Of a stretch of DNA of 64,000 nt, positions 39,113-50,900 are shown piece after piece (the stretch's first letter is position 1; each line of letters starts with the position of its first letter). This DNA is from an uncultured Armatimonadetes bacterium (GTDB lineage: Bacteria > Armatimonadota > UBA5829 > DTJY01), in NCBI GenBank assembly GCA_963717145.1, contig OY970325.1, positions 4,416,001 to 4,480,000 on the forward strand, written 5' to 3'. The notes under the pieces were generated by a model. It made no database searches. It saw only the letters and a program-made list of their open reading frames with translations, and had not been told where the DNA came from. Position numbers and translations under genes: made by a program.

Positions 39113-40935
39113 GTGGGCAGATACATCATATTTGCAGCGATGGCGATACTGATGACAACGCCGGTTCTCGGACAAACGCAGACGAGCTACGACGTAGTAA
39201 TCGTCGGGGGGACACCTGGCGGAATCATGTCCGCCATCGCCGCCGCCCGAAACGGCTGTTCGGCGGTGATCCTGGAGCGACGCGCCCACATCGGCGGGCT
39301 TCCGGCCAACGGCCTCGGCGCGACTGATATCGCGACGCGCGGAGCGACCGGCGGCCTGTTTGCCGATTTCGTGGGCCGAGTCCGGAAGCACTACGTCGAC
39401 ACCTATGGCGCGGACTCCAAGCAGGTGGTCGACTGTAGCGACGGATACCGGTTCGAGCCGCATGTGGGCGAGCAGGTTTTCGAAGACGATGCTGGAGGAG
39501 CACAAAGACCGCATCACCGTTCTGCGCCAACGTCAGTTCGATGCCGAGCCCGCGAACGTCGCTCTTGTGGACGGTGGCCTGACTCAGATCACCATCACGA
39601 ACCTTGAGACGAAGCAGCCGGAGTCGTACAGCGGCAAGGTTTTCATCGACGCCACGTACGAGGGCGACCTGGCCAGCCGCCGCCGGCGCCGATTTCCGAA
39701 TCGGGCGGGAGGGGCAGAGCGAGTTCGATGAGCCGATGGCCGGCAAGCTCTACAAGCAGTGGGCCGGACCGATCGGTCCGGGCTCGACGGGTCTCGGCGA
39801 CAATGCCGTGCAGGCGTACAATTATCGCCTGTGCCTCACCCGAGACCCGGAGAAGCGCGCTGCGATCACGAAACCGGCGACGTACAATCGGGACGAGTAC
39901 GTTTCGCTGATAGACGATGTAAAGCTCAACCGATTTCCCGCTCCAGCCGATTCCAACAGGGTTGCGATGGCGTGGGACGGCATCGGCCGGGTGACCAACA
40001 TGGTCCTGCTGCCCAATGGGAAGACTGACGGCAACAATCAACACGCCGCTTTCATCTCGACCGACCTGCCCGAGGAGAACTGGCCCTGGCCGACCGCCGG
40101 TTGGGATTGGCGCGACCGATTCGCCGGGCGTCTGAGGGACTACATCCTCGGCCTGCTCTGGTTCGCGCAGAACGATCACGGTCTGCCCGAGGACTACCGC
40201 TCGCGATGTCGGGAGTGGGGTCTGGCGAACGACGAGTATGTCGATAACGGCAACTTCCCCCGCCAGGCATACGTCCGCGAGGGCAGGCGGATCGTCGGAG
40301 AGCACCTGTTCACGGCGCACGATGCGCTTCCGGTCGAACAGGGCGCTCGACCGCCGGTGTATGCCGACAGCATCACCGCGAGCCACTACGCGCTCGATTC
40401 GCATGCGGTCCTGAAGCGCGAGCCGGGCAGGGCGCATCTCGACGGGTTCTTCAGCAAAGCGAGCGCGCCGTACACCGTGCCCTACGGGGTGATGATGCCG
40501 AAGAAGGTCGAGAACCTCTTGACGCCGGTGCCGGTGTCGGGGACGCATATCGGATTCAGCACCCTGCGCATGGAGCCGTGCTGGATGGCGCTCGGGGAGG
40601 CCGCCGGTACTGCGGCCGCAATCAGCGTAAGGGATTCCGTGACGCCGAGGAAGGTAGAGATCCGCAAGCTCCAGGAGAACCTGCTCGATCACGGCGCGGT
40701 GCTCATCTACTTCCGTGACGCATCGCCCGGCGATAAGCATTACAAGTCCCTGCAGATGCTTGCGCTCCGGGGCTTGTTTTCGGGCGAATGGAATGCTAAG
40801 CTGGGCGAGAAGATCGACGAGCAGACCGCCAACCGGTGGATCGAGAAGGCCGCAGCCGGTGCTCCAGAGGCGTACAAGTCGGGAGTCACCACCCGAGGCG
40901 AACTGCTCGAAATGATCCGCGGCGAAGACTACTAG
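39113..40935 (+). CDS. Secreted FAD-dependent oxidoreductase (two apparent +1 frameshifts near 39485 and 39675)
   Basis: Three ORF pieces join: VIVGGTPGG...FEPHV / FIDATYEGDL / GREG...QAYNYRLCL...YVREGRR...LRMEP. Confidence 0.85.
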
Positions 40936-40978
40936 TTCTTGCCGTGTCCTGGAAATGAACAGGAGATCGGAGGGTCTC

Positions 40979-41182
40979 ATGAAGACGATCCAAGTGGAGA
41001 TAACTGACAAACTGGCCGAGGAGCTGGACGCCATGCTGCGGGAAGGGTGGTTTCAGAACCAAGGGGAGGCCGTCCGTTTTGCCATTCTGCAGCTCGTGGA
41101 AACGCAGAAGCTCGCACTCCAGGAACGGTTTCAGCGAGAGGACATCACCTGGGCACTCGGCCAGAAGAACGTAGCCACATGA
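40979..41182 (+). CDS. Ribbon-helix-helix (CopG-type) small DNA-binding protein
   Basis: [29 protein letters not shown]; stop overlaps ruvB ATG. Confidence 0.75.
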   Translation: MKTIQVEITDKLAEELDAMLREGWFQNQGEAVRFAILQLVETQKLALQERFQREDITWALGQKNVAT

Positions 41183-42246
41183 GAGAGAAGATCATCACAG
41201 GAGAAGACCCGGAAGAGACACAACAGAGTGCGGTCTGCGCCAATGCCTTGGAGGACGAGGACCGGCAGTCGTGGAACCTGCGGCCGCGGACGCTCGATGA
41301 ATACATCGGCCAGATCGGTGTCGTCGACAGCATGCAGATCGCCATCACCGCCGCCCGCAACCGAAACGAGCCGCTCGATCACGTCCTACTCCACGGCTCG
41401 CCGGGCCTCGGGAAGACGACGCTCGCCCACATCATCGCCAGTGAGATGGGCGCGAGCATCATGGCGACATCCGGCCCCGCGATGGAGAAGCCCAAGGACG
41501 TCATGGGCATCCTCTCGAACCTCGAGGTCGGCGATGTCCTGTTCATAGACGAGATTCATCGGCTCTCTCGCGTTGTCGAGGAGTTCCTCTACTCGGCGAT
41601 GGAGGACTTCCAGGTCGATTTCGTGCTCGATCGGGGCGCATATGCCAAGACGGTCAAGATCCCGCTCAAGCGGTTCACTCTCGTGGGGGCGACCACCCGC
41701 GCCGGGATGCTCTCCGCCCCGATGCGCGACCGGTTCGGCATCTTCGCGCACATGGACTACTACTCGACTGAGGAGCTGACCCGCGTCGTCGTGCGGTCGG
41801 CGGGGATTCTGAGCGTGAAGGTCGATCCGAAGGGCGCGGTCGAGATTGCCCGTCGCTCAAGAGGCACACCCAGGATCGCCAACCGCCTGCTTCGACGCGT
41901 GAGGGACTACGCCGAGGTCGAGGCCGATGGAGTCATCACCCGGGAGATCGCCGACATCGCCCTCAAGCGCGAGATGGTCGATGAGATGGGGCTCGACAAG
42001 CTCGATCGGGCGTTCCTGCGGACGATCATCGAGTTCTACAGCGGGGGACCGGTGGGGATCGAGGCGCTTTCCGCGACCTTGAACGAGGAGACCGACACGC
42101 TCGTGGACATGGTCGAGCCGTACCTGCTCAAGATCGGCTTCCTCAACCGCACCCCGAGCGGCCGGAAAGCCACCCGCACCGCCTACGAGCATCTCGGCGC
42201 GACATTCACGGACACACCGACCCCCGGCCAGGGGAAGTTGTTGTAG
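41179..42246 (+). CDS. ruvB: Holliday junction branch migration helicase RuvB
   Basis: [46 protein letters not shown]. Confidence 0.97.
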   Translation: MREKIITGEDPEETQQSAVCANALEDEDRQSWNLRPRTLDEYIGQIGVVDSMQIAITAARNRNEPLDHVLLHGSPGLGKTTLAHIIASEMGASIMATSGPAMEKPKDVMGILSNLEVGDVLFIDEIHRLSRVVEEFLYSAMEDFQVDFVLDRGAYAKTVKIPLKRFTLVGATTRAGMLSAPMRDRFGIFAHMDYYSTEELTRVVVRSAGILSVKVDPKGAVEIARRSRGTPRIANRLLRRVRDYAEVEADGVITREIADIALKREMVDEMGLDKLDRAFLRTIIEFYSGGPVGIEALSATLNEETDTLVDMVEPYLLKIGFLNRTPSGRKATRTAYEHLGATFTDTPTPGQGKLL

Positions 42247-42260
42247 GAGACTTCCGGACT

Positions 42261-42458
42261 ATGCGACACTTTGACTACGAATCGACTGCGCGTGAGGCTG
42301 GATTGTCGGATGATGACATACAGACGATAGTGGAAGCCATTGGCAAGGAGTTTCCTGGGGACGAGATGATGCAGGAGCTGCATGTGCTTCGAGCCTGTGT
42401 CGCCATAACAGACGGACGGGCCAAGGTGAGCGATGTAGTCAAGAGAGAAGCAGAATAG
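42261..42458 (+). CDS. Small hypothetical protein
   Basis: AGGAG RBS; 65 aa; 'EFPGDEMMQELHVLRAC'. Confidence 0.65.
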   Translation: MRHFDYESTAREAGLSDDDIQTIVEAIGKEFPGDEMMQELHVLRACVAITDGRAKVSDVVKREAE

Positions 42459-42523
42459 AGTTCACCCTCAGCCGGTCTGTCCAGCATGTATGTGCTTAGG
42501 ATCGGTTTCCTGACCCCTGGTTC

Positions 42524-43108
42524 CTAGGGCTTCTGTTTGAGTTTCAATGTAAGTAAGTACGATCGCAGCCCCGGATATTCCTTCGAATTCTCGATAATGT
42601 CCTCAAGATTCCCGCCGGCCATCCCATAGCTTGATGGGGCATCTCCAATCAGATAGGCCTGCTGCCAGAACTCGTCCTCGATACCCGAGGCATCACTTAA
42701 CTCGCATTGGGTACTTAGACCTGCACGGCGGGAATCGTCTGGAATGACAACCTCTCGTCTAGTACTCTCACTGCCTTGGGACTTCAGATCAAACGTGAGA
42801 TCGATGCCTTTATCCCAGGTACAGACGGCAAGAGACCCTTTCTGCGATATCTCCTCGAACGTGTAGCTCTGAATCTTGTCTACTTTGCCGTTCTGGACCA
42901 CCTTCAAGGCGAACTCGCAACTCGGCTTCCCCTTGGGGATGATACTGAAAACCTGAACCTTCTGTGTCTTGAATTCATACTCAGCCCCGGCTTCTACGGT
43001 CAAAGAGGGTGGGGTAGAATAGTGGGTGTTGGTCCGAGTCCCCTTTGAGCACGATGCGACCGTAAGCAATCCGAGAAGAAGCATCAAACCTATGGACCTG
43101 TTGATCAC
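42524..43108 (-). CDS. Putative lipoprotein, lower GC than neighbours
   Basis: GGAGG RBS; hydrophobic core followed by VASC lipobox. Confidence 0.65.
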   Translation of the reverse strand: MINRSIGLMLLLGLLTVASCSKGTRTNTHYSTPPSLTVEAGAEYEFKTQKVQVFSIIPKGKPSCEFALKVVQNGKVDKIQSYTFEEISQKGSLAVCTWDKGIDLTFDLKSQGSESTRREVVIPDDSRRAGLSTQCELSDASGIEDEFWQQAYLIGDAPSSYGMAGGNLEDIIENSKEYPGLRSYLLTLKLKQKP

Positions 43109-43217
43109 GCAAAGCCTCCGATAGCCAGCTTGACATCACAAAGCTTGCTACCGAATAATACCAACTCGTAATCAGCCTGTCAATCATCTGATCATCTTGC
43201 CCCATTCATAATCCGCT

Positions 43218-45188
43218 CTACGCCCGGTCTGCTTTGCGCTTGGAAAGCTCTTCGACCTTCGCCTGGTACGCCATCACCGTCGTCACGAAGGCCGCGTGGC
43301 TCCACGTCAGGGGCATCACCGCGAGCGGATGACCGGTGAACGGGTGCACCTGCTCCGGAAGCAGCCCCGCCTCCGACGCATGACGCGTCGCCCAACGGAT
43401 CAGGTCCATCGCCGGCTCGAGGTCGCGGTAGCTCCGGGCCACCGCGATGTACCACTCCGCCATCCAGAGCGTCGAGATGAACCAGGGGTTTCCCGGCACG
43501 CGCTTTACGTCGTTGCTCGCCTGGAAGTAGTGGTCGTCCTCGTACCTGGCGATTCCTCCGACCGGGGAGCGGACCCACAGCCGGTCGTAGATCGCCTCCA
43601 TCGTGAACGCCACCCGCGGATCGTCCGGCGGGAGAAGCTCGAACAGGAAGAGCGCCGTCATGCTCGCGTCGATCGTCGGATCCTGGGCCAGGTCGGGGTC
43701 GATCAGACTGCGGACGAACCGGCCGTGCTCGGAGTCGAAGAACCGCTGGATGATCGACGCCTTGAGCCGATCTCTCGCCTCGGAGTACTTCTCCGCATTC
43801 TCCTTGTCGAAGATCCGCGCGAGCCGCGCCGCCCCGGAGAACGCCGCATAGACGGCGCAGCACGTGAACATATGGACGCCGCGCGTCTGCTCCCACAGGT
43901 CATAGCTCGGACGAGGGAGACCTGTCCGCTCGTCGATGCCGCCGATCATGTAGTCCACCGCCGGGACGACCAGGTCGCCGTAGATCGATTCCGTGAACTG
44001 TTTGTCCCGCCAGCGGTCGTAGTGCTTCCGTACCGCCCACAGCACGAGCGCGGTGCTGTCCTGCTGACACGGAACCTCCATGCTGTCGTCCGTGATCCAC
44101 GGATGCCACGTGGCCCCGACGTTCCCATCGGGCGAGTACTTCTGCAGGAAGTACGGACGGTGACGTGGCAGAATCCCGGCGCAGAATGAGAAGAACCGCC
44201 GCGCGGGCTCGGCGCATCCCGCGAGATCGAGCGCGCGAGCGGCAAATGCCCCGTCGCGCGGCCACACATAGCTGTAATGCGCCCGCGCGGTCTGCATGAT
44301 GTCCGTGTCGTTCGCGGCCAGTATCCCGCCCGATCGGTCCGCTTGCGTCATCAGCACGAGGAGGCTGCGCTCGTGCAATTCGGCTACCGACGCGGGCACG
44401 GGCGCATCGAGGGCCGTCCGTTTGCTCAGCCACGTCTTCCAGTGGTTCGCCGATTCCCCGAGCAGCGTCTCAAGCGGCGTCCCGACCGCCACTGTGTTCA
44501 GGTCCTCGACCTCCTCCAGTGTGCGGCCGACCGCGATCCAGTAGTCGAGAGTCGCGGTGCCGTCGCCAGGGACCGCCAGTCGGAAGCTCACTGTGCTGTC
44601 CACGGATCCCTGCTCGATCGGATGCATGCTGAGCGATCCGTCCTCGGCATCACGCCACGTTCCCTCCGCGCCGCCGAATTCCTTGACCCCGGCGGCATAC
44701 TCGAAGATGCCTCCGGTGGCGGTCCGGCCGTTGATCATGAGGTAGCAGTCGCGCTTGAAGTGTACCATCGAGCCGGTGAACGGGTGGAAGAAGGTGGTGT
44801 CGCCGATATCGGATTCCCCGATGCGGAAGTCATGGCCGAAGAAGAGCCTGATCTCGCGCTCATCGTGATGGAGGTTCTCGACGGTGACCCGTCGGACGAA
44901 GATGTTCATCTCGGGATGGACGGTATCGTTGAACCTGAGACCTATTCCGAGCCGGCCGTTCGACGCGTGGACGTCGGTCGTCAGCGTCCCGGGGAGGTAT
45001 CCCAGGCGGATCGACCACGTGTCCTCGAGCCACGCGAACTGCCCGCCGACCCAGACTCCGACCCTGTTCCGGTGTCCGCCGACGTGGTTGAACAGGCCGA
45101 CGTGCGGATAGTACAGGTCGCGTATGTTCAGGTTGCGGTCGATGTTGATCAGGAGCGATCCGTTCCCGACGACCAGATCCCTGGGCAT
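43218..45188 (-). CDS. Glycoside hydrolase family 15 (glucoamylase-like)
   Basis: YSYVWPRDG, YDLWE, GGIARYE.D.Y, LLPEQV, PLTWSHA. Confidence 0.92.
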   Translation of the reverse strand: MPRDLVVGNGSLLINIDRNLNIRDLYYPHVGLFNHVGGHRNRVGVWVGGQFAWLEDTWSIRLGYLPGTLTTDVHASNGRLGIGLRFNDTVHPEMNIFVRRVTVENLHHDEREIRLFFGHDFRIGESDIGDTTFFHPFTGSMVHFKRDCYLMINGRTATGGIFEYAAGVKEFGGAEGTWRDAEDGSLSMHPIEQGSVDSTVSFRLAVPGDGTATLDYWIAVGRTLEEVEDLNTVAVGTPLETLLGESANHWKTWLSKRTALDAPVPASVAELHERSLLVLMTQADRSGGILAANDTDIMQTARAHYSYVWPRDGAFAARALDLAGCAEPARRFFSFCAGILPRHRPYFLQKYSPDGNVGATWHPWITDDSMEVPCQQDSTALVLWAVRKHYDRWRDKQFTESIYGDLVVPAVDYMIGGIDERTGLPRPSYDLWEQTRGVHMFTCCAVYAAFSGAARLARIFDKENAEKYSEARDRLKASIIQRFFDSEHGRFVRSLIDPDLAQDPTIDASMTALFLFELLPPDDPRVAFTMEAIYDRLWVRSPVGGIARYEDDHYFQASNDVKRVPGNPWFISTLWMAEWYIAVARSYRDLEPAMDLIRWATRHASEAGLLPEQVHPFTGHPLAVMPLTWSHAAFVTTVMAYQAKVEELSKRKADRA

Positions 45189-45258
45189 TGTTCGTCCTCC
45201 CCTAATCATACTTCGGTGGATTGGCCGAGCACGGTTACTGTGAACAATACCGGGAGTC

Positions 45259-45680
45259 GGGAAACACGAATCTCACGAATGGACGAATATTAGGGGGAAA
45301 TCCGGATCGTAGTGGTCCAGCACGTGTGAACGTCTGGTGAGAGGTCATGCTTCTTCGATGCCGGCACACGAATGCAGAGGGAAACACGAATGGCACGAAT
45401 GGACGAATGTGGGGGAATCCCGGAGAGGACCAACCTGGTGGATATCAGTGTCACGCCATACGTCATGCTGCTTCGATGCCCGCACACGAATGCATACCGG
45501 ATTCCGGTCTTGGCGTCCCCCGGCGTCATGGCGGTTTACCATCCGGTATCGGGCATCCCGCATCCCATTCGTGCTCAGGTACGGCAGCAGAATAACCTAT
45601 CTCCGTCACCGATATCTACCGGACTGGTACTATCCAGCATTCCCCCCGCATTCGTCCATTCGTGTGATTCGTGTTTCCCC
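45259..45680. repeat. CACGAAT nonamer-repeat element: two ~120-bp direct units and one inverted end
   Basis: GGAAACACGAAT..CACGAATGGACGAAT at 45260 and 45380, inverse at 45650-45677; shared GTCATGCT.CTTCGATGCC.GCACACGAATGCA. Confidence 0.75.
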
Positions 45681-45683
45681 CGC

Positions 45684-45710
45684 GTTTAGCCGAGCGACTT
45701 GCGAGGGTAC
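45684..45710 (+). promoter_or_regulatory. Putative SigB/SigF-type promoter
   Basis: GTTTAG-15 nt-GGGTAC, 29 nt before ATG. Confidence 0.6.
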
Positions 45711-45739
45711 TAGCTCATCAAAAGCCAAGGAGGAGCACG

Positions 45740-46264
45740 ATGTCAATCAAGATTGGGCAGCCCGCGCCGGATTTCACCATGGAAGGCGTCATGGGCAAGG
45801 AGTTCACCAAGGTCAGCCTCTCCGACTACAAGGGCAAGTGGGTGGTCTTCTACTTCTGGCCGCTCGACTTCACGTTCATATGCCCCACGGAGATCACCGC
45901 GTTCACGAAGCACATCAAGGAGATCGAGCATCTCGGCGCGCAGGTGCTCGGGGCCAGCACGGACAGCAAATTCAGCCACCTCGCCTGGGTCGATGACATC
46001 GGCGAGCAGGCATATCCGCTGCTGAGCGACATCACGAAGGAAGTCAGCCGCCGGTATGGCGTCCTGATCGAGGAGGATGGGATCGCCCTCCGCGGCCTGT
46101 TCATTATCGACCCCGAGGGGATCGTCCGCTACTCGGTCATACACGACCTCAGCGTCGGCCGGAGTATAGAGGAGACGATCCGCGTGCTGAGCGCCCTCCA
46201 GACCGGCGAGCTGTGCCCGGTCGAATGGGAGCCCGGCGAGGAGACCCTCGGCAAAGCGGCATAG
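45740..46264 (+). CDS. ahpC: 2-Cys peroxiredoxin (AhpC/TSA family)
   Basis: FWPLDFTFICPTE, GRSIEE, GELCP..W. Confidence 0.9.
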   Translation: MSIKIGQPAPDFTMEGVMGKEFTKVSLSDYKGKWVVFYFWPLDFTFICPTEITAFTKHIKEIEHLGAQVLGASTDSKFSHLAWVDDIGEQAYPLLSDITKEVSRRYGVLIEEDGIALRGLFIIDPEGIVRYSVIHDLSVGRSIEETIRVLSALQTGELCPVEWEPGEETLGKAA

Positions 46265-46280
46265 GTCATAGGCACAGACA

Positions 46281-46316
46281 CAGGAGGGAGCCGGTGACCG
46301 GCTCCCTCCTGTTGTT
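46281..46316 (+). terminator. Intrinsic terminator
   Basis: CAGGAGGGAGCCG-GTGAC-CGGCTCCCTCCTG-TTGTT. Confidence 0.75.
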
Positions 46317-46370
46317 CTTGCGAAAGAGGTGCTATTCGTTGCGATATGATCGCCTTCCGCTATCCATCCG

Positions 46371-47294
46371 TCATTTAGCCATCTTATTAGCGAGCAGCTT
46401 CAGGTGGAATTCCCGTTCCCAGGTATCAGGCAGCCTCTCGTACGCTGCACGAGCTTCAGCGTACTTCCCATCGTTAGCGAACGCATGGCCTAAAGATACG
46501 ATGGCCAGGCGGTAGTAGTGCGGCTCGTTCTTGTATTTCTCCGCATACTCGCGAAGTGTCTTGATGTATCCGGCCTTGTCGCCGGCCAGGCCTACGGCCT
46601 TCGCCTCCCGGTAGCCGGCATCGGATGCAAAGACACCACCCCGCGCAGAGTCTGATAACCCGTGCATGATGATAGCAGCTTTATGGAGATCAGGCTTCTC
46701 TCCATGGATGTAGGTTTGGCCCTGTCTGTACAGATCAAACGCCGCCTTCTCAGCATCATTGCGTGGGGCCACTATCTCGAATGAGAGGTCAGCGACGCTT
46801 ATCTTCCCCTTCCACTCGATTCGCTTGTTACCGACGGCATCCGGTTCAGAATAGTACTCTGCCCTCAGGATATATCGCCCCACCGGAAGCTTCCCGCTGT
46901 AGGGCGAGTTGACGTCCGATTGAGTAGACTGTGATTCGCCGGGACGGAATGCCCGACCAAAGTCTTTGGGCATAGACGGTACCAGGTACGTTATCATGCC
47001 CGGCATCGGTTTGTCGCCGGATACCTGGATCACTTCAAGTCGCCAGGTCCACGACTCAGACAATTCACCCACTACTAGCGTATTTGCGCCTACGTTCGTC
47101 AAGGCCAGAGTCACGATGATCGGTTCGCTCTCTACATAGGCGGTCTTCTCGAGAGATACCTTGAACCGGATCTCTCGCTGAGTTACCTCGGCAGAGATAG
47201 GCTCACTTCTCGGCTCAGCACCTTGGCCTGCTATGGCAAGGACGAGCAGGGTTAGCATCGGGACTATATTACGAATAAAACTGTGCCGCTTCAT
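46371..47294 (-). CDS. Exported hypothetical protein (Ig-like N-domain + helical TPR-like C-domain)
   Basis: Signal peptide; 'Y...EPI.V...LTNVG', 'LPVGRY.L.AEY'; lower GC. Confidence 0.7.
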   Translation of the reverse strand: MKRHSFIRNIVPMLTLLVLAIAGQGAEPRSEPISAEVTQREIRFKVSLEKTAYVESEPIIVTLALTNVGANTLVVGELSESWTWRLEVIQVSGDKPMPGMITYLVPSMPKDFGRAFRPGESQSTQSDVNSPYSGKLPVGRYILRAEYYSEPDAVGNKRIEWKGKISVADLSFEIVAPRNDAEKAAFDLYRQGQTYIHGEKPDLHKAAIIMHGLSDSARGGVFASDAGYREAKAVGLAGDKAGYIKTLREYAEKYKNEPHYYRLAIVSLGHAFANDGKYAEARAAYERLPDTWEREFHLKLLANKMAK

Positions 47295-47712
47295 AATTTT
47301 AACTCCGTTCTTTGGAAAATGGGGACAGGCACAGTATTTACAATCCCGTCAAGATTCTGACTCGGCATCATTACATCTACACTCCGGGCAGTTGTGCGAC
47401 TACGCTCGTCCGTCCTTATCCCACGCGGTCCGGCGACAGCGAAAACCTGAGAGTCCTATTCAGCATGTTTGACGCGCGGTAGCCCGACTCCTGTTCCCGA
47501 GAGGTGCCCCACCGCCAGACAGCCACTCCGCCCTATACGTGCTGATTGCGCTCTGGTGTGCGTGCGCGAGCGTGCCGATATTATGTATAGGAAAGAATTC
47601 CCGTTGAATGCTGCGATTTGTCGAACCTTTAGGCGGTCAAAGGCGTCTTACAACTAGGCTATATCAGTATTTTATCAACGGGGCCGAAGCGAAAACCGGT
47701 GGTTTTGCCGGG

Positions 47713-47741
47713 TTGACAAAGCACTCTTTCTGTAGTATCAT
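47713..47741 (+). promoter_or_regulatory. Sigma70-type promoter of giant protease gene
   Basis: TTGACA-17 nt-TATCAT. Confidence 0.7.
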
Positions 47742-47900
47742 CAGTCTGTTATCATATACAAGGCTCGCTTCGCGTCTTTCCGTGCAGGTATCGGTTTTCC
47801 AGACGATGGGTCGGGAATGTGGTAGCAGTTGACCCCGATCCGAGGAACGCCTCACCGGAGTGAGGCGGATCTGCGCGCGGCTCGAAGAAGAGGTGTGTCC

Positions 47901-50900
47901 GTGGATGGACAACGCACGCTCGCGAGACTATTTCCCGCAATCATACTGGCGTTCATAGTTGCGGCACTTCCTGTCCTGGCGGGACCGGAGCCGGAATCCC
48001 GACAAAGGATGCACCGCCCGATTATGCGACCGACCACATAATCGTGAAGTTCGCATCCACTCCGGCCGTCGCCCAGGGTCTGAATGGCAACGTGACGACC
48101 AGAATCGCACCGGTGGACAAGCTCAACGTCAGGTTCGGCGTGAAGAGCATGAAGCCGGTGTTTCGTCGCGCCTCCCACGGGAAAGCCCTCCCGAACGGCC
48201 ACGCGAAGAAGTTCGACCGGATCTACACGGTCTCGTTCTCCAAGAAAGCCGATCCCCGCGTCGTCGCCGGTGAGTATTCCAAGCTGCCCGAGGTCGAATA
48301 CGCCGAGCCCGACTATATTCGCCACACGTTCCGAACCGACCCGAACGACCCGTACTGGCTTTCCAACAACTCCTGGGCACAGAACTACCGCGACCAGTGG
48401 GACATGGAGATCATGAAGTGCCCGGAGGCGTGGGACCTCACGACGGGCGCCCGAGCGTCATCATCGCGGTAATCGACACCGGCATAGACTACGACCACGC
48501 CGATATCGCCGCTAATATGTGGGCCAACCCCACCGAGATCCCGGGCAACGGACTCGACGACGACAGCAACGGCCGGATCGACGATGTCCGCGGCTACGAT
48601 TTCGCCTACAAAGACGGCAACCCGATGGATGGCAACGGTCACGGCACACACGTGGCGGGTACCATCGGCGCTGTAGGGAATAACGGCATCGGCATCGCGG
48701 GTGTGAACTGGAACTGCAAGCTGATGGCCGTGAAGGCACTCGACGATTCCGGAAGCGGTTACGACTCCGACCTCGCCGATGCGATCACGTATGCAGCGGA
48801 TGAGGGCGCCCAGATCATCAACATGAGCTGGGGCGGCCCCGGATTCTCCCAGACGGTTCATGCCGCCCTCGAGTATGCCCACGGTCTGGGAGTGATCCTC
48901 TGCGCCGCCGCCGGAAACTCATCGAGCGACATTGCGAGTTTCCATCCCGCGAGCGACAATAACGTCATAACGGTCACCGCCAGCGATACGACCGACGGGG
49001 CATGCTCGTTTACCAACTGGGGCATCAAAGCCGCGGTCTCCGCCCCGGGCGGGAACGGATCGACCGCACCTCCGCCATGCGCCGTGCACAACTGCCTGTC
49101 GCTCCGTGCAGGGACGACCGATGCACTCGCGGGTGACTGCGGGGCGGGCGTCGGAGTGGTTGGCGGCAACTACTACAGGCTCGCCGGCACATCGATGGCT
49201 TGTCCGCACGTGGCAGGACTCGCGGGCCTGGTGAAAGCCGCCCATCCCTCGTGGACGAACGAACAGGTCAGGCAAGCGATCCAGATGCGCGCCGATGACA
49301 TCCTCGCGCCCGGCTTCGACAAGTACGCCGGCTTTGGGCGCATCAATGCCAAGACCACGCTCACCTCGGCCGAACCGATGACGGCCTTCATAGAATCGCC
49401 GAACAGCGGGGCGGAAGTCTCCGGTGTCGCAGCTATTCGGGGCACTGCGGCCGGGAACAACCTTTCGCAGTGGACTCTCGATTTCGGTTTCGGGCATGAG
49501 CCGACCACATGGACCACCATCGGCACCGGACTATCGTCGGTCGTGAACGGCACACTTGCCAACTGGGACGTCACCGGCATTCCCGGCGGGCTGTACACGC
49601 TGCGTCTGAGGGTCACCGGTATCGGCATGCAGAATGCCGAGTACCGCATGTCGATCACCCCGAAGTCCACGGAGGGCTCCGGCCATTTCACGGAGCTGTT
49701 CGACAGCGCTCCGTTCGATCTGGCCTACAAGTCGCTCGAGTTCATCCCGGACGGCTCGGACGAATTCTACTCCATGTGCGTCAGACCGATAGCGCAACTG
49801 CCAACGAGTCCCAGCGGCGGCTCGACTCTGGCGCTCCTCGACGATGATTCCGTCCTGGTATCGCTCGCATCCGGAGCACAGGTGTCGCTCTATGGGAACG
49901 TCCGGAGTCAGTTCTACGTCGGCAGCAACGGTTACATCACCTTCGATTCGGGCGACAACAGCTACTCCGAGACCCTCAGTAACCAGTTCAGCATGAAGCG
50001 CATCTCCGCCCTGTTCGACGACCTCATACGCGGAGCCGGCAGCGTGACCTGGAGACAACTGGCTGACCATGCGGCCGTGACCTTTGTGAGCGTGTCGGAA
50101 TATGGCGCCACCACGCAGAACACGTTCCAGATCGAGCTGTTCTTTGACGGGCGAATAGTTCTGTCGTACCTGAACATCGCCGCCTCCGATGGACTTGTCG
50201 GGCTGTCTGCGGGACTGGGCGTACCGTCGGGTTTCGTCGAGAGCGATCTGTCTGGCTATCCGCAGTGCGTGATAGCCGGCCGAGCCTTGTCGCTCGTCAA
50301 GCCGAACGGTGGTGAATGCTACGAGCCGGGAAGCACAGCACGGATCCTGTGGGCCCCCACCGGGAGCAGTTGGTCGCCCAGCGATATGGTTCGAATCGAG
50401 TGTTCACCCGATTCAGGATCCTCATGGTCGCCTGTCCCAGGCGCCGGAAGTCTGGCATACAACGCGGGGTACTTCGACTGGCTGACCTCGGGATGCCCTC
50501 AGTCCACGCACTACCGGATCAGGATCACCTTCAACGGCGATGACGCTGTCAGAGACGCTTCCAATGGTGACTTCACGGTTGGCCCGGACACGATCCCCCC
50601 TGTCATCTCGCACACACCGCTGGTCGACACGTCGCGCGCCACCGGATCGTACGACGTTTACGCCGATGTCACGGATAACCTTGGAGTTGCATCGGCGACT
50701 CTGTATTGGAACAAGAACGATGGGTCGTTCACTGCAGTCGTGATGAATCCGTCGGGCGGGACAGGGCGATATGTAGGCAGCATCCCCGGCCCCAGCGTCG
50801 TCGGCGACAGGTACTGCTACTACATCGAGGCCACGGATTCGTCGCTGGCCCACAATGTCGGCAGGCTACCCACGCAACTGGGCCAGACGTTCTGTTTCTC

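Noticed and set aside
39485-39675. Programmed ribosomal frameshifting
   Set aside because: No slippery heptamer or shared signal; similar breaks occur in several unrelated genes.
47319-47340. GGGGACAGGCAC REP-like half site
   Set aside because: Single copy with no inverted partner in the window.
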